Origin: an uncultured bacterium
GTDB lineage: Bacteria; Babelota; Babeliae; Babelales; Babelaceae
Direction of reading: 5' to 3'
DNA length: 64,000 nt
Assembly: GCA_963722385.1 (NCBI GenBank)
Contig: CAVRKK010000002.1
Coordinates: 224,001-288,000, forward strand
Shown: in pieces, positions 30,255-39,012 of the stretch
How the letters are laid out: every line of letters starts with the position of its first letter
How positions within the stretch are numbered: position 1 is the stretch's first letter
Program-made: the position numbers and the translations under genes
Notes under the pieces: generated by a model
Database searches by the model: none
What the model was told of the DNA's origin: nothing
What the model saw: the letters and a program-made list of their open reading frames with translations, nothing else

Positions 30255-30586
30255 AAAATCGCCTGCGCGGCTGGCGCCAAAGGGGGTTACCCCCTTTGGG
30301 ATCCCAAAGCGCTATGCTTATAGGCTTGGTGTGAGTAGTTATCGTACGCAAAAGCGTACGATAACTTACGCCATTATCATGTACCGCTACGCTCCATGAT
30401 AAGGATCAATATCGCTTTCTATCTTCCGTTAGGAAGATTGCAGGAGCTATAATCATGCGCCACGCATGTTATAGCATTCACGAGCAAAAAATAAAGACAA
30501 AGCATAGAGAGAAATAGAGATTAGGCAATGGGTGCAGGGCCGCCGCCCTGCCGCTCGACGCGGAGTCGCGCCCGCTGCGTAAGCGT
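30255..30586 (+). repeat. Dispersed five-hairpin element, copy C (core 30421-30586) with inverted end and three extra hairpins at left
   Basis: atcttcc-gtta-ggaagat; gctataatcatgcg-cca-cgcatgttatagc; gcagggc/gccctgc; cgac-gcgga-gtcg; cgct-gcgta-agcg. Confidence 0.85.
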
Positions 30587-30593
30587 CCCCTTA

Positions 30594-31121
30594 TTAAGAA
30601 GGCTTAGGTACCCTCGCTATAACCTTCTTAAGCTGCTCCCATACTGCTTTAGAAGCACGGGCTAGTTGGCCCTCAGACTCCTCAGGATCAGTCGTGCAAA
30701 TATTATAGAACGAGGCCGGCGCCAACTTACGCACCAGCTTATCAGCCGGGCCCAGCACCCCCGTCATCGGCTCGGCAGCAGCACAACCCTCAAACATGAT
30801 CGACTTGATCTCTTTAACACCAAACATCTTCTCTGCCCGCGCCTTAAGAACCTCAAACTCCTCTTGACACGCCTTCCTAATACCATCACGCCAATCAGCA
30901 CAGTAATAAGGATGACAGCCAAACCGATAACAACTCGTAACCGCCTTGTTTTCAGGGTAAAAAGTCATATCCCTCACGGTACCATCCTGGTACGTAATCA
31001 TCGCGGTACATCCCGTCAACCGCCATGGATACCAACGACACAGAGAAAGCTGCGCCTGCGCACAAGTAAACACGCCCATCATCACCATGCCAACAATAAA
31101 TCGTATAACAGCCTGCTTCAT
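30594..31121 (-). CDS. Secreted cysteine-rich hypothetical protein
   Basis: gaggg upstream of MKQAV start; signal peptide AQA; 8 Cys in mature part. Confidence 0.65.
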   Translation of the reverse strand: MKQAVIRFIVGMVMMGVFTCAQAQLSLCRWYPWRLTGCTAMITYQDGTVRDMTFYPENKAVTSCYRFGCHPYYCADWRDGIRKACQEEFEVLKARAEKMFGVKEIKSIMFEGCAAAEPMTGVLGPADKLVRKLAPASFYNICTTDPEESEGQLARASKAVWEQLKKVIARVPKPS

Positions 31122-31219
31122 ATCATCCCTCATAAGTAAAAGCTTCATGTACAGAATAAATAAAATAAGAGACAAATAGCAATGATATTTCTTGCGCTGG
31201 CACAATAACAGTTCTGTTA

Positions 31220-32863
31220 TTATATAATTTTGTCGTGAATAAGCATCTTATGCGCTACTTTCTCAAACAAGAGTGAGGCCGTTGAGGCCGCGGTAGCATC
31301 TTTTTTATCCGTCTCTTTAATAAAAGTGACGATAATCCGCTTATAGGCACCCTTCTCAATAAGCCCTACGAAGGTAAAAATATTGTGACTCGGTTGATAA
31401 ACGCCATTGATCAACAGGTTAGCCGTTCCTGTTTTGCCAAACACGTTATAGCCATTGATTCTTGCCCGATGGGCTGTTCCGTGAGTAACGGTTTTTCTCA
31501 GCATGTCACGTATTGTTTCGATGGTATCAGCTTTATAGAGCCTTGGCGACAGCTGGCAAGGAGCTGAGAGCAACAGACGCGGTGTTACCAAAGACCCGTC
31601 ATTGGCGACAATCGAAAAAGCTCGAGCAAGCTGGAGCAGCGTAGCGCGAATCTCATAGCCAAAAGACAGCGAAAACTTGCTCAGTTTGGACCACTTGGTC
31701 GGATGATTTACAAAACCACGCTGCTCGCCCGCAAAATTAAGCCCCGTCTTACTGCCAAAGCCACAACGCTTATAATGTTGGTATATACGCGCGCCCAACC
31801 GCGGCGCAATTTTGGACGTACCAATATTATTGGAAAGCTCGATAACCCGAGAAAATGTAAGAAGCCCGTGGGGCTTCAACGTATTTACCTTAAACCCGTC
31901 AATATACGTGGACATGGTATTTTCACAATCAATCATCTCTTCGGGGCACACAACAGCTTCCTCAATCGCCGCAAGGGCAAGGAAAACTTTGATTACCGAG
32001 CCAAGCTCATAGGCGTCCGTTACAAGTTTGTTTTTGGTCTTCTCAAGGTCGGTTATTACACGACTATTGGGATCAAAATTAGGGTACTGTGCCATGGCAA
32101 GAATATCGCCATTGGTCGGGTCAAGAATAAGCACCGCGCCTTCATGCGCGTTTAATAGGTTGACCGCATCTCGCGTCTCTTCATAGGCCAAAAATTGTAA
32201 CGTAGCATCAAGCGTAAGCCCAATAGGCGTGCCCTGGCTACCATCAGCTTGAGCCGTTTTATTAAAATAGTAGTGCCCCGAGCGCCCCTCTTGCTCAAGC
32301 GCATACACCGCAGGATCACCAGCCAATACGTGATCATATGCCTTTTCTATTCCCATCAGCCCTTTATTATCAATATCAGTCATGCCCAAAATAGGCCCGG
32401 TTGATGCTATAGGATAAAAGCGATGGGGCTCTTTCAGGACATGAATATCACACAAGTTGCTTTCTTTGATAAGCCGTACTTCATCGTCGCTTAAGTGCCG
32501 CTGTATATAAAAAAATGATGGTTGTGTGTCTTTTTGAGACCCTAATGCTTTCTTATCAAATCGCTTGAGCGCGGCGGGAAAATGCTGCCCCAGAAAAGCA
32601 CGTACCTTGTCGGGTTGACTCAGCCTGCTTGGTATAATAAAAGCACTAAAACGTGATATATTCAGGGCAATCGGCCTCCCATTCCTATCAACTACCTCAG
32701 CCCGTGGCAAAAGTGTCGTAATGAGCGTGGTATATTGGTTTTGCGCACGCAACTTGAAAAAGCTGCCTTGCCTTATTTGCAACACGTACAAGTTGACCAA
32801 CAAAGCAATATACAAACAAAAAAATGAGATAAACGTCAGGTTAAGGCGTAATGTCGGACGCAT
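31220..32863 (-). CDS. ftsI: Class B penicillin-binding protein (FtsI-like)
   Basis: RAEVVDRNG, RFYP, GLMGIE, SVIK (SxxK), SNN, KTGTA. Confidence 0.9.
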   Translation of the reverse strand: MRPTLRLNLTFISFFCLYIALLVNLYVLQIRQGSFFKLRAQNQYTTLITTLLPRAEVVDRNGRPIALNISRFSAFIIPSRLSQPDKVRAFLGQHFPAALKRFDKKALGSQKDTQPSFFYIQRHLSDDEVRLIKESNLCDIHVLKEPHRFYPIASTGPILGMTDIDNKGLMGIEKAYDHVLAGDPAVYALEQEGRSGHYYFNKTAQADGSQGTPIGLTLDATLQFLAYEETRDAVNLLNAHEGAVLILDPTNGDILAMAQYPNFDPNSRVITDLEKTKNKLVTDAYELGSVIKVFLALAAIEEAVVCPEEMIDCENTMSTYIDGFKVNTLKPHGLLTFSRVIELSNNIGTSKIAPRLGARIYQHYKRCGFGSKTGLNFAGEQRGFVNHPTKWSKLSKFSLSFGYEIRATLLQLARAFSIVANDGSLVTPRLLLSAPCQLSPRLYKADTIETIRDMLRKTVTHGTAHRARINGYNVFGKTGTANLLINGVYQPSHNIFTFVGLIEKGAYKRIIVTFIKETDKKDATAASTASLLFEKVAHKMLIHDKII

Positions 32864-33137
32864 GCGTATCCAGGTGGCTAAGTCGCTTGACCATTTTAAG
32901 CCGAATGGGCACCATGCCATCACGTGCTGCAATTGCTTTGACCGATGAAGGACTCTTGAGCTCGGCAAGCATACGTGTTAGTTCATTCTTTTGCTCAATC
33001 AGCTGCTGATAGGCTCGCTCATTTTTCTGCTTACTATAAGAATATTGGGTAAAAAGGCTTGATGCATAAATATGACAAAAAATAAGGGAAAGCTGCGTTA
33101 TAAGAAACAGGAGGCCATATACTTTTTTTCTGCTCAT
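32841..33137 (-). CDS. FtsL-like cell division protein
   Basis: TM helix, coiled coil, LKSP..VKAIAARDGM; immediately upstream of ftsI. Confidence 0.65.
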   Translation of the reverse strand: MSRKKVYGLLFLITQLSLIFCHIYASSLFTQYSYSKQKNERAYQQLIEQKNELTRMLAELKSPSSVKAIAARDGMVPIRLKMVKRLSHLDTHASDITP

Positions 33138-34111
33138 TGTCTCCACTTCACTTTCTGCCTTATTTTTTGAGCTGTCGGTTGCGGACGAACGGCGCAGCCT
33201 CCAACCATTTTCATGCGCGCATCAATATTCAAGCAATAGCAATCATGCTTATCTCGAGGCAACGCTTTTCGTGCATCAGCGTCTTCCAAAATGTCAATAA
33301 TTTGAGGCAGATAATTGGCAACCCGTTGCCCAATAAAGCCGAGGTGGCCGGTGCGTGAGCGATTATTTATCTTGACTTCTGCTTGAATCAAGCATGTTGA
33401 CGAATCAAATCGCCTTTTGGAAAAGAACGTACACCCACCTGGTGTGTCGCGTTCCAAGTACAATCCTTGAAAATCAGAGACCTGGAACGGGTCGCTTTTC
33501 GAGTACAAAGCAATCACGTTTTTGAACATGGGCGATGGAATATAGTGCTCGGTCGGCACAACAACGGGGCAGGCCATAATGATGAAGCGGTCTATCAAGG
33601 TTCGCCTGTCATCATTGTCCCATGCTGCCATAGCCGCTGCTAGAGCAACATTTCCACCATGGCTATAACCAATAAGCGTTATAGGGACATTTTTGCAACA
33701 TTCATAAGAACGAATTTTTGCAATAAACTCATAGAGCTCTCTCCCCGCCTTCTCACGAGCAATAGCGCTCAAAAGCCCTGACCAGCCAAAAACGTAAAAA
33801 GAGTTGAGCGGAAAACGCTCGGAATCAGCTTGGTTAAGCATGAGAGACATCCTTCTACCAAGACAGGTGCTTTCAGGTATCTGGCTTGATAAAAAAAATC
33901 CGCGGGGGCAAACATCGTATAGGCCTGGCAAGCGTAAGATAGCAGAAAATGGCTTGGCACCACCATGAACAAAAATGGTTATCGGCTTACCCCGTGCAGG
34001 CAGCGTAAAAGATTCATTCTGAGCTTTTTTTTGGCCATGATCCCTCATGGATCTTTTTTGGCAGCCTGTCACTCCTACAAGCAGGAGTGACAGGACTATG
34101 AGCTTTTTCAT
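33134..34111 (-). CDS. Lipoprotein alpha/beta hydrolase
   Basis: Lipobox VTGC; IFVHG, FGWSG, GYSHGG nucleophile elbow, SKSD, GH. Confidence 0.8.
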   Translation of the reverse strand: MKKLIVLSLLLVGVTGCQKRSMRDHGQKKAQNESFTLPARGKPITIFVHGGAKPFSAILRLPGLYDVCPRGFFLSSQIPESTCLGRRMSLMLNQADSERFPLNSFYVFGWSGLLSAIAREKAGRELYEFIAKIRSYECCKNVPITLIGYSHGGNVALAAAMAAWDNDDRRTLIDRFIIMACPVVVPTEHYIPSPMFKNVIALYSKSDPFQVSDFQGLYLERDTPGGCTFFSKRRFDSSTCLIQAEVKINNRSRTGHLGFIGQRVANYLPQIIDILEDADARKALPRDKHDCYCLNIDARMKMVGGCAVRPQPTAQKIRQKVKWRQ

Positions 34112-34274
34112 GCTGCGTCATTCCCCCGTATGTGCAGCTTAGTATATCTGCGGGGATTATTGTTTTGTCAATAATTAGGTCGCCTAGCCAAATGTTAGCA
34201 TGCTCTCAAAAGACAAATTTTTTCGACGTCTCACTCGCCCACATGACAATTTCTACGAGCACCGCTCAAAATCT

Positions 34275-35387
34275 CTAAACGTTAAACCTAATATTAACGA
34301 TATCTCCGTCCTGGACGACGTAATCTTGGCCTTCAGTACGAATTTTGCCTAAGTCTTTCAATTTCGCTTCAGAGCCAGCCACCTTTAGATCAAAGTAATT
34401 GAACACTTCAGCACAAATAAAGCCACGTTCAAGATCTGAATGAATTTTGCCCGCGGCGGTTCGTATGCTGAGCCCTTTTAATAACGGCCATGCGTGTATT
34501 TCTTTCGGCCCGCAGGTAAAAAAGGTGATCAGGCCGAGGTGCTCATACGTACGTTCAATCACTACTTCAGTGCCGCGCTTAGTTAAGCCCATAAATGCGG
34601 CCATTTCATCGGCTTGATCGCTCGCGAGCTGTGATAACTCACTTTCGAGGCGTGCCGCAATGGGAATAACACGCTCACGGCCAAATTTCTTGCATAATAT
34701 CTGAAAATAGACGTTATTTTTATAAGCCTCATCAGCCATCTCATGCTCGGCCACGTTAGCGATGATAAGAAACTTTTTTGCTGACAGCAACGGGATAGTT
34801 ACCACCGGCGCTTGAGCATACAAAGCTTGTACCGCGGGCAGATCACTCTTATTAAGCGCTTGATTAAGCTGCACAATCAGCGCCTCTTCTGCTTGTAGCT
34901 CTTTGAGCTGTAGCGGATTATTTTTCGCTTGCTTGACCAATGATGCAACTTTAGCTGCTCTTTTTTGAACCGAATCAAGATCCTTAAGCATAAGCTCGGT
35001 CGTGATGATGTCAAAATCGACAAGCGGATCGAGCCCTTCGCGCGCATGGGTGATCAATGGATCCTCAAAACAACGCAAAACATGCAAAATAAGATCAACC
35101 TCACGTATATGACTTAAAAACTGATTGCCAAGCCCCTCACCCGAAGCCGCGCCCTTGACCAGTCCCGCAATATCAACGAACTGTGCACTTGCCGGTATCA
35201 CTTTTGTTGATTTATAGAGCGTCTGTAAGATGTTTAAGCGCTCATCCGGTACCTTGGTGATCGCCACATGCGGCTCAATCGTACAAAAAGGATAATTTTC
35301 TGCAGGTATCGAAGAATTGGTCAGCGCGTTAAAAAGGGTCGATTTGCCCACATTGGGAAGCCCCACCAAACCAGCTGCAATACTCAT
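34275..35387 (-). CDS. ychF: Ribosome-binding ATPase YchF
   Basis: GLVGLPNVGKSTLFNAL, NYPFCTIEP, DIAGLVKGA, TGS domain. Confidence 0.97.
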   Translation of the reverse strand: MSIAAGLVGLPNVGKSTLFNALTNSSIPAENYPFCTIEPHVAITKVPDERLNILQTLYKSTKVIPASAQFVDIAGLVKGAASGEGLGNQFLSHIREVDLILHVLRCFEDPLITHAREGLDPLVDFDIITTELMLKDLDSVQKRAAKVASLVKQAKNNPLQLKELQAEEALIVQLNQALNKSDLPAVQALYAQAPVVTIPLLSAKKFLIIANVAEHEMADEAYKNNVYFQILCKKFGRERVIPIAARLESELSQLASDQADEMAAFMGLTKRGTEVVIERTYEHLGLITFFTCGPKEIHAWPLLKGLSIRTAAGKIHSDLERGFICAEVFNYFDLKVAGSEAKLKDLGKIRTEGQDYVVQDGDIVNIRFNV

Positions 35388-35598
35388 AGTGCCTCTTTCT
35401 TACTATAAAAAATTGATTCTCGTGTATTCTCTCAGTGTGCTCGAAAATGAGCATTGTCGCAAAACTTTTTAAACTCGAGCACTTTTCCGGATTTTGCTAT
35501 ACATAAAATTACTATCATTAATAAAAAATAGCAAGCTTGACCGTTCTGCGTAAAGCAGCTGGCATTTGATTGAAAGCTCGGCGAACAGGCAAACCGGA

Positions 35599-36225
35599 TT
35601 ACATACCCTTCAGGGCTGCGTGAAAATAGCGTGCTTCTTCGGCAGGATTGTCCGACTGAGTAATGACGCTGCTCAATATGATGCCCGTTGGATTGATAGC
35701 AAGAACTTCACTAACGCTCTCGCGCGTAAGAGGCGCGGCAATAAAAACCGGCAACTGGGTATTACCTTTTACCATATCCCAGCTTTCGGTCAGCGTGACT
35801 TGCCCACCTTCAGTATAAGGGCGATGAAATAAAAGCGCATCAGCACCAAGACTTTTTGCTTCGAGCGCAGATTGACCAAGCGAGCTTGCATCAAGAAGGT
35901 CGAGCATTACGCGCTTACCGAGCTCATGAGCGGCTTGGGTAACAGCATGAATAATGTTTCTTGATGTCCCTGCCATGACCGTAATCCAATCAGCACCAGC
36001 GTGGGCAAAAAGTTGCGTGGCTTCTTTGCCTCGATCAACAATCTTGGTATCGGCCAGAATGATTTTTTGCGGAAATTTTTCTTTAAATAACCGCACCGCA
36101 AGTTCGCCGTGCCTAAAAATAAGCAGCGTTCCCACTTCCAAAACATCAGCATATTCTTGCACCTCGCTCGCAAGATCGAGGGCCTTATTGAGGTCGAGAA
36201 GATCGAAGGCGATTTGTAGTTTCAT
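35599..36225 (-). CDS. 3-hexulose-6-phosphate synthase/KGPDC-like protein (OMPDC superfamily)
   Basis: KLQIAFD, LEVGTLL, LADTKIVD.G, AGADWITV. Confidence 0.8.
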   Translation of the reverse strand: MKLQIAFDLLDLNKALDLASEVQEYADVLEVGTLLIFRHGELAVRLFKEKFPQKIILADTKIVDRGKEATQLFAHAGADWITVMAGTSRNIIHAVTQAAHELGKRVMLDLLDASSLGQSALEAKSLGADALLFHRPYTEGGQVTLTESWDMVKGNTQLPVFIAAPLTRESVSEVLAINPTGIILSSVITQSDNPAEEARYFHAALKGM

Positions 36226-36300
36226 TAGGTTTCCTAACATCCTATGATATTCAAGCCTTATGCATAATTTGAGTATACCATCATTTTTGCTCTAATAAAA

Positions 36301-37053
36301 TTATGGTGTAATTATTACCCCATAACGCGCCGTACCATAGCGCCAATTATACTGAACAGGGGCGAAGTAACGATTAACTTTTAAAAAATGTAAAGCATTG
36401 ACACCGGCAATCAAATTAGGTCGAGCATAAAGCGTTGGCAATATAAGGTTCAAGCTTTTAACCGTTGAAAACGTGCCCTCATGAATCAACATTTGGTTCG
36501 GTTTGGCAATTATAACAATCGCGTCAGCGGGTATTACTCGGTCAGACGGCGTCTCTTGTTTATAAACATTCCAGGATGGTTCTTCTTGTTCAGTCGACAG
36601 CTGAAACTGATAATATTCTGCCGGCTCATCGAAGCTCGCTCGAAAATGGTGGATAAGCCTTTCATGCGTTAAGACCGGCTGGAGCGACCGGGTAACAACC
36701 AGCGTTATGCTGCTTGCAGGAGTACTGCGGGGGAACAATATCTGGCCATTGATATCTGAATGTGTCGCCCATCCCATGTAAACAGCATAAATTCCCTGGA
36801 CATTTTTCCTTCTCAGTTGGCCGTCAATATAGAGCCTGCCAGGCGCACCCGCTCTCGTTACTTTTCCTAAAATATGCTCAGGGGAAGGCGGTAAGCCTAT
36901 GTCTGCCGTGCGCTCTATAAACAACGTGATAATATGAGGAGTGACTGAACGCTTTTCTTGCTGAGCTTTTGCAATCGGCTGCCCAAGACCAGAAAAGCTC
37001 AAGAAGCTTAACATTATAAAAAAAACGTTTAATAGCATACCTGTTTCCTTCAT
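36301..37053 (-). CDS. Hypothetical secreted protein
   Basis: Long ORF with N-terminal hydrophobic segment; start uncertain. Confidence 0.65.
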   Translation of the reverse strand: MKETGMLLNVFFIMLSFLSFSGLGQPIAKAQQEKRSVTPHIITLFIERTADIGLPPSPEHILGKVTRAGAPGRLYIDGQLRRKNVQGIYAVYMGWATHSDINGQILFPRSTPASSITLVVTRSLQPVLTHERLIHHFRASFDEPAEYYQFQLSTEQEEPSWNVYKQETPSDRVIPADAIVIIAKPNQMLIHEGTFSTVKSLNLILPTLYARPNLIAGVNALHFLKVNRYFAPVQYNWRYGTARYGVIITP

Positions 37054-37203
37054 ACCTGTACCATACCATAGCAAGCAAAGGCGAAGCAAGATTTGGCAGC
37101 GTGAGCCCATTAAAAATGGTTAAGATATCTCCACAACTTGAATTAATTAAGAACAGGAATTACGCATAACTGACCTCGAAGCGATGTAAAATATGATCAG
37201 GTC

Positions 37204-37254
37204 GAGAAAGCGAGTTGAATGGGGCCGTAAAAGCTTCAGTCTGCTCGCTTTCTC
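37204..37254. terminator. Hairpin downstream of the propeller pseudogene
   Basis: gagaaagcgag...ctcgctttctc. Confidence 0.5.
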
Positions 37255-37306
37255 ATGTTGCCAAAGTTTAGGGTTTTACCTCTTTTTCGATGAAGCCTGA
37301 GTGATT

Positions 37307-38671
37307 TTAGAGATCTTCTACCACTGATGGCTTACCATCAAAATTAACACTTGTAGCGCGACGATACTGGCGGAACTTATAGAATAACAAAAGCGCACCT
37401 ACCGTAGCTGCTGTTAAAGCAGTAAGGCCAAGGGGAATGCCTACCGTCGCGCCTATGATTACCCCGAGAGGTAGACTACTACCTGTTGATTCATCACCGC
37501 CGCCCTGTGAGCCTCCAAGCAATACCGGTATGAGTGATACATCATTTGAATAGAGATTAGCCGTGAGTGCATAGGTGCCACTTGGTGAAAAAGTGATACT
37601 GACACAAAGCAATGGAAGAGGGATTCAATGAGCCTGAAGGTAGTTTATAGGATACTCCTGACACAGAAGAAGTACCGTTCATGGTAAATAAGGTCACATC
37701 GCTTGAATTATAGTTTGCTGTAGCAAAATGCTTATTATCAGATGCAAATGCTATTGAGTCAGGCTGTGTAGAGCCGGGTGGTAAACGATACGAAGTTCCG
37801 ATCTGTTCTACTTGGAATATCATTACATCATTTGATGCTTCATTAGCAGTAGCAAGATATAAGCCGTTAGGTGAAAATGCTACTGATACAGGATAGCCAG
37901 AACCACTTGGCAAAGCATACGATGTTGCTGCTGATAATACTCCTCCTGCTCCTACTTCGAACATTGTTACATTTGGTGGTGTGCCGCCTTGATTAGCAGT
38001 AGCCAGATAGAGACCATTTTGAAATATTGTTACATCTCCCGGAACGTAATAGTTAGCAGTAGCAAGGTGTGAGCCATTAGGAGGAAATGCTACTGAATGA
38101 GGAGTTCCTGATCCCGATGGGAGCATATAAGAGGTTGCTGCTGAAAGGGTCCCTCCCGCGCCGACCTGAAATATCGTCACATCATTTGAAGAGCTAAAAT
38201 AATTAGCAGTAGCAAGGTATAAGCCATTGGGTGAAAAAGCTACTGAGTAAGGCTCACTAGAACCGCTTGGTAATGCATACGATATTCCGCCCGATAGCAC
38301 TCCTCCTGTTCCTACTTGATATATCGTTACATCACTTGAGCCCGCATTAGCGCTAGTAAGATATGAACCGTTAGGTGAAAATGCTACTGATTCAGGCGCG
38401 CTAGAACCGCTTGGCAATGCATATGATGTTCCTCCCGATAGCACACCTCCTGTTCCAACCTGAAATATTGTTACATCACTTGAACTCGAATTAGCAGTAG
38501 CAAGATATGAGCCATTTGGTGAAAAGGCTACTGAAACAGGCGCAGTAAACCGCTTGGCAATGCATAAGATGTTTCTCCTGATAGAGTTGCCGCATCGACA
38601 TGGATGCTTGTTAAAATAATCAGAGATGCGCTGAGCAGAAGAGTGTAAAAATGGCCTATATGTAATGACAT
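37307..38671 (-). pseudogene. Frameshifted paralog of the beta-propeller surface protein
   Basis: ATG at 38671 with AGAGG RBS and signal peptide (MSLHIGHFYTLLLSASLII..); frameshifts near 38548 and 37608; same repeats and SSLPLGVIIG anchor as 39013..41292. Confidence 0.85.
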
Positions 38672-39012
38672 GTTGTCAGACCTCTTATTTTTTGAATTTT
38701 TAGGTTAACAAAGGGTGTAAACAAAAGTGTTAGTAAAAGTAAAAGCTGGAAGATTGCTAACCCCAACAACTGTGTTAAGTACTGTTAGCTCAAGAGTACT
38801 CAGAAAGCATAGCCTACGCGTTGTTTTCAAGCCCCTAAATACCTGAGAAGGTCGAAACCTGTTCTGATGCTCCATTGGCAGCCCAACTAAGAGATTTAAT
38901 TACACCCTTAATAAGGAGCATAAAGGACATTTAAGATATTTGCAATCTTAATGCCTGAGGAAAAATATGAGATCTTCTAAAAAAGCATGCTGTCTTAATG
39001 TGCGCTTCTATT

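Noticed and set aside
30666..31139. 157-aa plus-strand ORF
   Set aside because: Antisense shadow of the secreted protein gene; R/T/H-rich composition, TTG start.
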